A stretch of 64,000 bases of DNA from Macrostomum lignano (lineage: Eukaryota), in NCBI GenBank assembly GCA_002269645.1, contig NIVC01001463.1:124001-188000 (forward strand), given 5' to 3'. The notes under the pieces are model-generated. The model was not told the origin of the DNA, did not search any database, and saw only the letters and a program-made list of their open reading frames with translations. Each line of letters starts with the position of its first letter. The first letter of the stretch is position 1. The position numbers and the translations under genes are program-made. Below, piece after piece: positions 1 to 13,440 of the stretch.

Positions 1-276
1 GGCGGACCCGAAGGGTTGGTCAAAGAGAATTGGGAGCTGTTAAACAGGATTTTCATTTTAATTTCTCTATTTGCTCTGCTCAACCTGAGCACCTCACTAT
101 TGCGAGGTGGCTGCCCTCTCGAACAGTAAACGAATGGGCTCAATTGCTTTGACTAGGAGCAAATCTAATTGCTGTCAAACAGAAGACCTGTTTGCTCGAT
201 TGTTCTCCGTCCCTAATGTTTTACTTTTAACATAATTATGAAATATGATTAATAGGGCTGAATATTTCTTGAAAAA

Positions 277-398
277 ACTCGACGAGCGGTAAAAGCGTGA
301 CTCTCGCGCCGCCACCCCAGGTTCGATTCCGTTCGCGGTCACATTTATTTGGGGCTTGTGTGCATGAACATTGGCCTATAGGTTGGCGTGCGATTTGA

Positions 399-447
<49 letters not shown>

Positions 448-494
448 GGCAGACAGACAGGCAGACAGACAGACAGACAGACAGACAGACAGGC

Positions 495-569
<75 letters not shown>

Positions 570-574
570 TAGGC

Positions 575-643
<69 letters not shown>

Positions 644-862
644 TACAGACAGACAGACAGACTCCCAAGGCACAGAGACTAGACAGTCAGGGCCGCTGTA
701 CACCCTGTGTGAGCGTGTACACGAGTGCATGCCTGTGTACAGTATTCAGGAGGCAGCGGAACGGGCAGGATTGCCGTCAGCGCTGGTTGTGGAACCATGT
801 CGCCGAAGGCGTAGCGCCAGGGTGCCTGCAGCCCTGCTGCAAATCTTTATTTATTTATTTTA
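277..862 (+). mobile_element. tRNA-derived SINE, copy 1, interrupted by a (GACA)n microsatellite
   Basis: A-box-like GACGAGCGGTAAAAGCG at about 281 and B-box GGTTCGATTCC at 320-330. Core GGGCCGCTGTACACCCTGTGTGAGCG at 690-715 is shared with copies at 23.2 kb and 58.2 kb. (TTTA)n-like tail at about 845-862. Confidence 0.7.
401..660. repeat. (GACA)n tetranucleotide microsatellite
   Basis: Directly visible. Explains the spurious QTDR and SVCL ORFs. Confidence 0.97.
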
Positions 863-1343
863 TGGTAAGCTGATATTGCAAAAACGAATAAATTTCTGCA
901 TATTTGTTTTTTAACTTAACTCCACCTACAATGTCAATCAATGCACAAATTTGAATTTCTACAAACTGCTCTGCGCTATCTGATTACACCAAATCTGCAG
1001 CCAGTCGTGCATGAAAATACTGCTTAGCTAATTTGTTCGGGCTAGAACTGATGCAGATCTTATCCCTAAAAATGTTATAGTGCTCAGCAGCTGGTGGTGT
1101 ATCAAATTCTGCAACTCTGCATTTGTCACGTCCTCAATACATTTCGACTTTTTTATGTGTATTGCTATTAATAGAAATTTGATACTTTCAATGGAGAAGC
1201 GCTTCGTCCGGTCTGGGTGAAACTTGCTGGTTTCCCCTGCAGTCCACAGAATTAGTGCTTGTAGTTAGCGCGTTGGACTTGGATCCGTGACTTGAGAAGG
1301 ATTTTCTAATCTTTATTGTCTCGCACCATCTCTTGTGTCTTCT

Positions 1344-2060
1344 ACCTGACACATTCTATCGCGTCATGTAGAACTTCCTGACACAATATTACCTGACACA
1401 TTCTATCGCGTCATGTAGAACTTCCTGACACAATATTACCTGACACATTCTATCGCGTCATGTAGAACTTCCTGACAAAATATTACCTGACACATTCTAT
1501 TGCGTCATGTAGAACTTCCTGACACAATATTACCTGACACATTCTATTGCGTCATGTAGAACTTCCTGACACAATATTACCTGACACATTCTATCGCGTC
1601 ATGTAGAACTTCCTGACACAATAGCATCTGACACATTCTATTGCGTCATGTAGAACTTCCTGACACGATATTACCTGACACATTCTATTGCATCGTGTAG
1701 AACTTCCTGACACAATATTACCTGACACATTCTATTGCGTCATGTAGAACTTCCTGACGCAATATTAACTGACAAATTTTATTGTGGCATCTAGAACTTC
1801 CTGACACAGTAGCATCTGACACATTTTATTGCGTCGCCTATAACTTCCTGACACAGTAGCATCTGACACATTTTATTGCGTCACCTATAACTTCCTGACA
1901 CAGTAGCATCTGACACATTTTATTGCGTCACCTATAACTTCCTGACACAGTAGCATCTGACACATTTTATTGCGTCACCCATAACTTCCTGACACAGTAG
2001 CATCTGACACATTTTATTGCGTCACCTATAACTTCCTGACACAGTAGCATCTGACACACT
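1344..2060. repeat. 47-bp minisatellite, about 15 copies
   Basis: Unit ACCTGACACATTCTATCGCGTCATGTAGAACTTCCTGACACAATATT; consecutive starts at 1344 and 1391. Confidence 0.95.
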
Positions 2061-3526
2061 GACATGTACGCAGTCTGATATCTGCTGTTCAGAACTATCG
2101 CTCATTCCAGCCACTAACTGTCAGTCAAGTCAATCAATTTTCGTCAAAATTTCTGTCAGCCCTTGCGAGAGAAGCTCATTTTAAAATCTTATTCGTCAGT
2201 CAACAGTCTCCTCTGATTTCCTTTGCTTATAAAATTTCTAATTCTTATCATTTCATTATGCCTCTAAGAATATATAATAATTATCGAATTTCTCACGCCT
2301 CGTGCAACAGCTCCGAAGTCCCGAAAGTTGCCTGAGGGGACACCTGCCAGCCCGGGGGGGGGGCACAGCAGCGCAGCAGGTGGTCTCTCAGCGGACAGAC
2401 GCGCGTGCGTGCCACTCCCCCTCCGCCTCCCTCCCCACCGAAGGTGGCAAATACAGAAATAGGAGACGGGACTAAAAGAGGAAAATGGGCCCCCCCCATT
2501 TCCTGCTGAATAGATAGCGAGCGAGAGAGAAAAAGGCTGTCTGTCTGTCTGTCTATGGTATTAATGGGACCGAAAAAATCGTCGCCCCCCCCTCAGCCCC
2601 CTCAGACCATAGACAATCGCGGCGAAAATAACCTGATACCAATTAGGGGTTTTTGGCCGGGCTGGGCGGGCTTGGGATGAGGGGGTTGCCCCGTCCTTTC
2701 TGTCGTCTCTGAGCCCCCCGAGCCTGATTGTGCTTCCTTCCGCTTGAACCTTCGCCGCCTCCCATCTGGGGTCTCCCATTGCCAGTCCCAGGCCAGAGAG
2801 GGCACAGAGGCTCCCTGTCAGGCGCCCAGACACAGGCTAAAAGGCGCCCAAATTTATATATTATAAGTGAAAGAAATCTGAAAGTAACAGGTGTTCCCTG
2901 AGGCGGGGTTTCCCCTCGAACCCCTCTAAAACCAAAACCCTTTCACTAGCTTCCTACTGCTGCGCGTTAATTGGGGAAAATTGGGTATTGGAGCAAGAGC
3001 TCGAAGAGAATTAGACTGCCGAGCCTTTGACAGCTCTTAGCGGGAGGGCTGTGATGAGGGCGGAAAAAAGTGCTATGAAGACGACCCTGCACCTGCTCCA
3101 TCGTACTCAGCAGGGGCGGCTGGAGATTGATAACGCGCGGGTTTTGTCACCAACTGGCTTGAGAGAATCAGACGGAGACAGAGAATGATCAACGCAATTT
3201 TGATTGCGTCAATGCCTACTGGCAAACTCTGCTTGCGCAAGAAAGTCCGCAGTTTGAGAACGATTAGGACTGAAAGGGCAGAGATACGGAGAACAATGCA
3301 GAAGGGTTGCTGGGGCAGCCGCAGGGTGGCGGAGTCGAAAAAGAAGAAAAACGAACTGTTTGCGCAACTCCTGCGTCTTATTATTTAGTTGCCGTTTCTG
3401 ATTGCGCAGACCAGACCTGAGAGTCTTTTATCCTGTTTATTTAATTACTGTTGCTTTGGCAACTATGAATTTAACTTTTTTCAGCAGATTTGAGTTAGTT
3501 TCCGATTGAGGACGTTGAGAATTTTC

Positions 3527-3613
<87 letters not shown>

Positions 3614-3683
3614 GCCTGTCTGCCTGCCTGCCTGCCTGCCTGCCTGTCTGCCTGCCTGTCTGCCTGCCTGTCTGTCTGCCTGC

Positions 3684-3723
<40 letters not shown>

Positions 3724-3963
3724 TTGTCTGTCTGCCTGTCTGCCTGCCTGCCTGTCTGCCTGCCTGTCTGCCTGCCTGTCTGTCTGCCTGCCTGCCTGCC
3801 TGTCTGCCTGTCTGCCTGCCTGCCTGTCTGCCTGCCTGTCTGTCTGCCTGCCTGCCTGCCTGCCTGTCTGCCTGTCTGCCTGTCTGCCTGCCTGCCTGTC
3901 TGCCTGCATGTCTGTCTGCCTGCCTGTCTGTCTGCCTGTCTGTCTGTCTGTCTGTCTGTCTGT

Positions 3964-3996
<33 letters not shown>

Positions 3997-4042
3997 TGTC
4001 TGTCTGTCTGTCTGTCTGTCTGCCTGCCTGTCTGTCTGTCTC

Positions 4043-4117
<75 letters not shown>

Positions 4118-4140
4118 GCCTGTCTGTCTGCCTGCCTGTC
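3527..4140. repeat. (TGTC/TGCC)n compound microsatellite
   Basis: Directly visible. Confidence 0.97.
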
Positions 4141-5759
4141 AATAAATTCATAGATCCGTCAGCCCCAACTGATGGAGGCGGGTATCCAGCAGTGTCAGAC
4201 AGTCAATCTCGCTATCTCTTTAGTCTTGACTTGATCAGTCTCTCAGCAATCGATTCCATAATTAGGCGTTAGTTGCCACCCAGCGCAGGACAGGCGGGTA
4301 CCAACACCTTGCACAGGCGGTCGCCGATCGGGTGTTCCCTCCGCTCGCTGACAGCCCCAACTAAAAAGGGCGGTGGCGCGTGCCCCGCTCCTGAGGACCA
4401 ACTCCAGCGAATCGATATTTAAATTAGTGCGTCGAGTGTCCCGTCTGCCCCGGCTCGGGTTTTGGGCTGCCGCTATCTGCCACGGCGGGGCGGTGGCCCA
4501 GGCCAAGGAAGAGTCAGCGAAGCATATGGAAGACTCCGGCAGGCAGCCAGGGCGCCAACACAGCGAATAATTGACCCCCCCCACCCGCCTTACCGACAGG
4601 CTAAGTCAAACAAAACCTTTGAGTCTGAAGGAAAGCCGACACAGGCGGGCGATGCCGAGCCATGGCAACCGCCAGTTAAGGAAGGAAGGAAGAAATTGCC
4701 GCCGCGACCCGGCCAGACAGTTAGTTTATGGGCCAATCCTCAGGGATGGGGTTGGTCGCCGAGTTTCAAGTCGGGGGAGAGCGACGTGAAAACTCTCCAA
4801 ACTACTCTCGAACTTAGATGAGCACAGTCGCGCAACCCGGGAGGCACTGGCCGACCGGGCGGGCGCAGGTGCTTCGGCGTGGAATTTTCAAGTAGAATTT
4901 TTATCGAACTGCATACTCGTAGAAATAGACTCTCGAGAGGCAGCTCTGCATAGACAGACGTCTATGGTATAAAGACTGGCTTTGAGGGCGGAGTTGCACC
5001 AACTGAGGCTCCGGTTTTTTAGCACCTTTCCTTGTCGTGTGCGAATAAAATTAGGCTGAAAAAACTTCCCCATATATAACTCCCCCCCTAGACCTAAGCG
5101 CTCACTCTCAGAGAGAGAAAATGGTCTTGTTGATGGCGCCTCTGAGATGTCCATCAAATCGTTCACCAGGCAGCCTAACCCTGCATACCGGTCTGCTCCA
5201 GTTTCCAGGACTGCGATCGAGTCACAGAGCCACTTTGAGTAATAATAACAATAATACATCAACTCATATAGCGACAGCACCTGACCCGATCTGTCAGTCA
5301 ATAGCCAGTTTTTTCCTGAGCGGAATGCTGTGGCTGTTGCTCAACTCAACCGGAAACAGAGCATGCGTGAACTCGCAAATAAAAACACACACACAGGGGG
5401 CGGTGGGTCGGAGTCGGTCAGGGCAGCTGCAAATTTCTGTTTCGTACGTTTTTTGCTCTTCTCAGTTTCTTCAGTTTTCTCTTGGCAAGGGGGGGGGTGG
5501 CTACCGAGTCAGGCTGCGGCCAGCAGCAGTGGCGACCCCCGGGTTTCCCAGGCCGCCCCAGCCCTGGAATCCGGCCGCTCTTCTCACCCGCTGCTAGCCC
5601 GGGCTTGAGTTGGCAGGCGGCCAGACATCTGTAGAAAAAACTAAGCGAAGACGAGACTCTCGAACTACTGGGGCTGTCCGGAAATTACCGCCAGTGTTTG
5701 CTCATACTGGAAATTTGAATATTCTCCTATTTGAGTCATGGTAGCGGCCTTAGAAAAGC

Positions 5760-6132
<373 letters not shown>

Positions 6133-6765
6133 CTGATGCAATGCTTTCATAAAAATCAAATAGGCTTTTAGAATCTTCAGTCATTCAGAAATCAGTTTCG
6201 CCTCTCGCTGCTGTCAGTTTATTGTTTCAACTGCAAACATAAACGGAGCGATCGCCCCCCCCTCTCTTGAGTTGAAATGAGACGACTGCATAATGAAGCT
6301 AAGCTGCTGGTTCCAAACCGAATGCATCCACTACAGCAGTGGCCCGCGGTCTCCAGCTGTGAACGGCGGGGACTCTCCATCGGACAGGATCGGGAAGTCA
6401 GTCATTCAGCAGAATCCGAGCGCCCGAGCCGGGCCATTTTGGGCTTCTTTTGTTTTCACAACGGCCCCCTCTTTCAACTATTTTTTCCTAACCGAATTTC
6501 TGGGACTTCGCAACTGTCACAAAAATGTCAAGGTGAGGTTGTAGAGAGCGAAAAAAACTTGCAAGGATTGTCAAGATGGAAGCTGCAGATGAAGCTAGTA
6601 TACTGTAGTGTAGGGTTTTCCTCAGTTCTTGGCTGTCAGGAGAAAAGACAAATATACAAATGGTGTGGTGGCGTCTCTTGGAACGGTTTCTGATGGTCAA
6701 TCTGATCAAGGAGGTGCCTTGAAGCAGGAGCTGGAATATCTAGATTCCAGTCCTCATTTCTCATG

Positions 6766-8535
6766 AGAGGGCGCCAGCTACAGAGGGGGCGCCAGCTACA
6801 GAGGGGGCGCCAGCTACAGAGGGGGCGCCAGCTACAGAGGGGGTGCCAGCCACAGAGAGGGCGCGAGCTACAGAGGGGGCACCAGCTACAGAGGGGCGCC
6901 AGCTACAGAGGGGGCGCCAGCTACAGAGGGGGCACCAGCTACAGAGGGGGCGCCAGCTACAGAGGGGGCACCAGCTACAGAGGGGGCGCCAGCTACAGAG
7001 GGGGCGCCAGCCACAGAGAGGGCGCGAGCTACAGAGGGGGCGCCAGCTACAGAGGGGGCGCCAGCTACAGAGGGGGCGCGAGCTACAGAGGGGGCACCAG
7101 CTACAGAGGGGCGCCAGCTACAGAGAGGGCGCCAGCTACCGAGAGGGCGCGAGCTACAGAGGGGGTGCCAGCTACAGAGGGGCACCAGCTACAGAGGGGC
7201 GCCAGCTACAGAGAGGGCGCCAGCTACCGAGAGGGCGCGAGCTACAGAGGGGGTGCCAGCTACAGAGGGGCACCAGCTACAGAGGGGCGCCAGCTACAGA
7301 GAGGGTGCCAGCTACAGAGGGGCGCCAGCTACAGAGAGGGTTCGAGCTACAGAGGGGGCGCCAGCTACAGAGGGGGCGCCAGCTACAGAGGGGGCGCCAG
7401 CTACAGAGGGGGCGCCAGTGTAAGAGAGGGCGCCAGCTACCGAGAGGGCGCGAGCTACAGAGGGGCTGCCAGCTACAGAGGGGCGACAGCTACAGAGGGG
7501 GTGCCAGCTACAGAGGGGGTGCCAGCTACAGAGGGGCGACAGCTACAGAGGGGGTGCCAGCTACAGAGGGGCGCCAGCTACAGAGAGGGTTCGAGCTACA
7601 GAGGGGGCGCCAGCTACAGAGGGGGCGCCAGTGTAAGAGAGGGCGCCAGCTACCGAGAGGGCGCGAGCTACAGAGGGGGTGCCAGCTACAGAGGGGGCGC
7701 CAGCTACAGAGGGGCGCCAGCTACAGAGAGGGCGCGAGCTACAGAGGGGCACCAGCTACAGAGAGGGCGCCAGCTACAGAGAGGGCGCCAGCTGTAGAAA
7801 GGGCGCCAGCTACAGAGAGGGCGCGGGCTACAGAGGAGGCGCCAGCTACTGAAGGGGCGCCAGTGTAAGAGAGGGCGCCAGTGTAAGAGAGGGCGCCAGT
7901 GTAAGAGAGGGCGCCAGTGTAAGAGAGGGCGCCAGTGTAAGAGAGGGCGCCAGCTACCGAGAGGGCGCGAGCTACAGAGGGGGTGCCAGCTACAGAGAGG
8001 GCGCGGGCTACAGAGGGGGCGCCAGCTACAGAGGGGCGCCAGCTACTGAGGGGGCGCCAGCTACAGAGGGGGCGCCAGCCACAGGGAGGGCGCCAGCTAC
8101 TGAGGGGGCGCCAGCTACAGAGGGGGCGCCAGCTACCGAGAGGGCGCGAGCTACAGAGGGGGTGCCAGCTACAGAGGGGACGCCAGCTACAGAGGGGCGC
8201 CAGCTACAGAGAGGGTTCGAGCTACAGAGGGGGCGCCAGCTACAGAGGGGGCGCCAGTGTAAGAGAGGGCGCCAGCTACAGAGAGGGCGCCAGCTGTAGA
8301 AAGGGCGCCAGCTACAGAGAGGGCGCGGGCTACAGAGGGGGCGCCAGCTACAGAGGGGGCGCCAGCTACAGAGGGGGCGCCAGCTACTGAGGGGGCGCCA
8401 GCTACTGAGGGGGCGCCAGTGTAAGAGAGGGCGCCAGTGTAAGAGAGGGCGCCAGTGTAAGAGAGGGCGCCAGCTACCGAGAGGGCGCCAGCTACTGAGG
8501 AGGCGCCAGCTACAGAAGGGCTACCAGCTACAGCT
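6766..8535. repeat. GC-rich 18-20-bp minisatellite (GGGGGCGCCAGCTACAGA)
   Basis: About 90 degenerate copies. The RGRQLQ and GGASYR ORFs are translations of the repeat. Confidence 0.95.
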
Positions 8536-9074
8536 ACAGACGACTGGTTTTGTATGCCGGCTGCAATGAGCTGCTTGTCACAATGCCACTCCTACTGAGA
8601 CTAAGAAGGCTGAAAGCATATTCTAGGTAGAATAGGGATTGCAATCCAATATTTTAAGTTCTGTTTAATCAGCTCTATGGTTAATTCCACTACAACACAA
8701 CTCACTGAGGAAGGGGAGGCTGTCTAAACATTTTACCAACTGCGCGCTGCTTGGTAGAGTTAGCAGGTGTTTCAAGGTCTTGCTCAGATTTCTAATAGTC
8801 AGACATCATGCATTACACACTATAGGTAGTCTGCAGGATTTACGGATGTGTTGCTACAATTTAGCGCGCACTTGTGGAGTCAGGATTGTTTATATTGTTG
8901 GAGGCTAATACAGTATTGTATCAAATCTGTCTCTGCGGCTTTACAGTCCGGACTGAATGTGTTTGGGCTTGGATGTGTATACAAATCCAAGCGTATTATT
9001 TTGTGCGCTTTTGCGTTCGGTACGGATGTACTGCGTTTCACTACAGCATTCGGTGAAAGTGAGACATGGGGCTC

Positions 9075-9815
9075 AGTAAGAGAGAGAGAGTCAGTGAGAG
9101 AGTCAGTGAGAGAGTCAGTGAGAGAGTCAGTGAGAGAGTCAGTGAGAGAGTCAGTGAGAGAGTCAGTGAGAGAGTCAGTGAGAGAGTCAGTGGGAGAGTC
9201 AGTGAGAGAGTCAGTGAGAGAGTCAGTGGGAGAGTCAGTGAGAGAATCAGTGAGATAGTCAGTGGGAGAGTCAGTGAGAGAGTCAGTGAGAGATTCAGTG
9301 AGAGTGTCAGTGAGAGAGTCAGTGAGAGAGTCAGTGAGAGAGTTAGTGAGAGAGTCAGTGAGAGAGTCAGTGAGAGAGTCAGTGAGAGAGTCAGTGGGAG
9401 AGTCATTGAAAGAGTCAGTGAGAGAGTCAGTGGGAGAGTCAGTGGGAGAGTCAGTGGGAGAGTCAGTGAGAGAGTCAGTGAGAGAGTCAGTGAGAGAGTC
9501 AGTGAGAGAGTCAGTGAGAGAGTCAGTGGGAGAGTCATTGAAAGAGTCAGTGAGAGAGTCAGTGGGAGAGTCAGTGGGAGAGTCAGTGAGAGAGTCAGTG
9601 AGAGAGTCAGTGAGAGAGTCAGAGAGAGAGTCAGTGAGAGAGTCAGTGAGAGAGTCAGTGAGAGAGTCAGTGAGAGAGTCAGTGAGAGTCAGTGAGAGAG
9701 TCAGTGGGAGAGTCAGTGAGAGAGTCAGTGAGAGATTCAGTGAGAGAGTCAGTGAGAGAGTCAGTGAGAGAGTCAGTGGGAGAGTCAGTGAGAGACTCAA
9801 TGAGAGACTCAGTGG
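9075..9815. repeat. 12-bp minisatellite (GAGAGAGTCAGT)
   Basis: Directly visible. Confidence 0.95.
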
Positions 9816-10439
9816 AGAGTTGGTGGGAGAGAAGAGGACTAACAGAGAGAAGGGAGATTTACGACCAGCTGATTCCTCAGTGGCAGAGTTCGCTAAAACT
9901 TCGAACCAGTAGGGTGCAAGTGCACCGCAGTGTGGCAGTCAATATCTCCGCAGCTTCATCCGCAGCTTCCCAGCGTCTCACACTGGGATGTCGTATATAA
10001 CTAATTGAAACCGAAACTCGATGTGCCTCAATAGAATTTCAAAGCCCATTGCAGCTACGTGTTTTTATAGAGCGGCCATCTCCAAGCTGAAGAAATACCA
10101 TATAGATATTTTAATGGTACCCATTGCTCTGCAGCTGTAGGGGGCTGGTCCGCCATCTGGCAACCAGAATTCTCACGGAATCTATGTTATATGAATATAT
10201 AAGCTTTGCCTTGACTCCCAAATAGATCTTAGAAGGGGTCTAAATCCCAACTGTCAAACGGCATGGTGGGGTGGCGCGGAGCCCGGACCTGTGTTTGCTT
10301 TGGGATTCTAAGAGAAACTCAGAATCCCAATTATAATATATGTAAATTGTAAAGATCTTTTGGCTGTGCAATGGACGCGCAGGGAACTCGGGCCATATGC
10401 TCCTTGGTAGCATGCGATTCTTAAAACTGTTTTATTACA

Positions 10440-10790
10440 ACCCGAATCGTCACCAACCCGAGGGTTCACCAACCCGAATATTCACTAAACAGAATCTTCA
10501 ACCAAACAGAATCTTCACCATCCAAAATATTCACCAACCCGAATCTTCAACAACCCGAATCTTCACCAACCCTAATCTTTCCCATCCAGAATCTTCACCA
10601 ACCCGAGTATTCACCAACCCGAATCTTCACCAACCCGAATCTTCACCAACCCGACTCTTCACCAACCCGAAGCTTCACCAACCCGAATCTTCACCAACCC
10701 GAATCTTCACCAACCCGACTCTTCACCAACCCGAATCTTCGCCAACCCGAATCTTCACCAACCCGAATCTTCACCAACCCGAATCTTTAC
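10440..10790. repeat. 16-bp minisatellite (AACCCGAATCTTCACC)
   Basis: Directly visible; gives a 16-aa period in the ORF track. Confidence 0.92.
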
Positions 10791-12656
10791 TGACCGAAAT
10801 TCGATTTGTTATTTAAGGATTTCCGTCAAGATGGGCCGATTACCATTTGAGCGATAACACTGGCTTCAATTGCAACATATAGCGAATATTTGAGACAGTT
10901 AAACTTCAACCAGGCTGTCAAAAGCAAATATGATCCCAATAAAAAGAAACCGCCATTCTGATCCCCTTTAACTAAGCCGCAGAGCAGCCAGTCAGTCGCT
11001 GCCTGGCAACTCCCCCCCCCCGGATCTGTCCGCACGACTTTGACGGGACCGGCTTCGACAAAAAAACGAAGTTTTTTATTTCTAATCATAAAAAAAATAT
11101 ATTTCACGCACGCAGCTCATCTCATCTTTGCAATCCGCTGAGGGAGTCAACCGTCAATCGGCTCGGCTCTTGCTGTCATCAGATTGTTTGCTTTGCATTA
11201 AAATCCCACCGTCAACCCCCCCCCCCCGAAAAAAAGCTAGAACTCTGACGGACTTGTGCCTTGGATACAGAGCATTATTTCTACTTTACTTAGATGAGGC
11301 TTAACCAAATTGCTAAAAGGTAAACAGCGGGGCTCGGAAGAATCTCCATCATCCACTTCAAATTGAATTCACGAAATTATCCCCGAGAATTCCTGTTGGC
11401 GGGGTTCCGGTCCCCCAGCCCCCATCTACCTGATCTACCTACTGTGCTGTCACGTCACGTCACTGTTTGTCATTTTGCCGATAACTTCACAAAGATTTTG
11501 AGCCTTCTCAATCACCCCTCCCCCACCGACTGTCCTCGGCTTATGCTCCACTCAGAAATATTGAGAAAAATATGAGGTCTCACACAATAGGACAGGCAGA
11601 GTCTTTGAAACTCTCTCATTTCCACGGAGGCCACTTATCTTCAATTGTGAAGTACCGTGAGGGGCAGGATCTGGAGCAGTCTTTGTACTGGAATCTTTGT
11701 CCCTATTCGGTGCAGAAGTAATTCACTGTAAACATTTTCACCCTTAGTTAGCTTCATAAAAGTTCAAGTGAGCCGTGAACTTGAAGGTTCAAGATTAGTT
11801 TATTGGGGTAAAAAGTATTCAGCAGTGGCGTGGGACACTTCTACATCCTCAGCGACCCAATGCACCGAGTTCCTTCAACTGTGGGACCGCGACACTCCTC
11901 AGCAAACATATAAAACACATTAAAACTGACAGCTGAAAAAGTGTGGATCACCAAAAAAGTAATGGCGCCCCCTGTTTCCATCTTCCGTTGCTTCTAAAAC
12001 CTGTCCAAGTTTTTGTCTCTCTTGTTTGTTTATAAAAGAAAAGTGAAAAAAACGTTTTTCCCCCGAAAAATCCCAACGGGGCCGCAATAAAGTCTGGGGA
12101 CAAATATCCCCTCCGCTTTCAAGTCCGATCAGGCCATTTGATTAGCTATTTGTTTTAACAGAAGCCTAATTCCCTGCTGGCCCTGTCCGCGTATTTGCTT
12201 ACCTTTCTGCTGTCTGCACAGGTGTTGCAACAGACAGGCCTATGCATATACAGCTAGTCTTAGTAGAACGCGGGCTTGCGACAAAAAACAAACAGTAAAA
12301 GACACCAAGGAAGGAGTTGCTGGCTCCAAATATAGAAATCGAGCTGCTGTAGTCTTTGGGGCAATGAGTCAGCTCTAAGTATGGTGTGCGGACTTGCCCG
12401 CTGAGTGACAGGTGAAGGGGAAATTGGGGGCCGGCTTGATGAAGCGCAAACACACACTTTCAGTGTGCCCGCCTATGCCGCCTTGAAGGAATCTGCAATT
12501 CCGCGTCTGAACTTCGGAGCTCAGCGGGGGGCAGCGGTCCGGCCCTGATAGCCAGAATGGGAATGTTTGATTTGCTTGGCTGGCGCGCGTGCTCCCAGCC
12601 CAGGACGTCTGAACACCTGGACTCGAAGCGGAGCAACAGAACTTCCCCAATTTGCT

Positions 12657-12943
<287 letters not shown>

Positions 12944-13440
12944 CCTGTTTTCAATCCAAGAACCCAGCCCTCTCCAGTGGTCCTTGGCCCGGCTCCGCCT
13001 GCTGATCCCGCATAGGGAAAATCATATATGCCATTGTGTTTGGTCACGAACTGATTTTAGCCGGGGGCGGACTCTCCCATACCGCTCTCACAGCTGAGGC
13101 AGAGCCAGAGACAACATCTGTTGTTTGCCGAAATAAAACCCCCCCCAGTGCACCCCAATTTTATGCATTTTATCTTCTGCTATCCTCGGCTCCCTCTCCT
13201 CCCCCGGTCATTCCGCTTGAAGTGAGATCCATAATAATAAAATTATTTAACTTGAAGCTGATGCGGGCCAATGGTCCTGGGTTCATTCGCTATTTATTAC
13301 AGATATTCATTGTTGAATGACATTGTTCCTCACCTGAGAAAGGGAACGCTAATTATCATAATCCGCCTTTTAATTATGCCTGCTGAATGACTTCTGTGGG
13401 AAGTCCGTTGAGCAGAAAGCAGCCTGACTCTCTCTCTCTC

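Noticed and set aside
277-345. Possible tRNA gene
   Set aside because: Has A/B boxes but no convincing cloverleaf and continues into a repeated body, so it is a SINE head.
2293-2950. GC-rich island with short ORFs on the minus strand
   Set aside because: No domain, no clear TIRs or TSD; cannot distinguish TE debris from an exon.
10818-10961. Frame DFRQDGPITI*AITLASIATYSEYLRQLNFNQAVKSKYDPNKKKPPF* with an internal TGA (possible selenocysteine)
   Set aside because: No selenoprotein motif, no SECIS element seen and no linked exons; likely chance.
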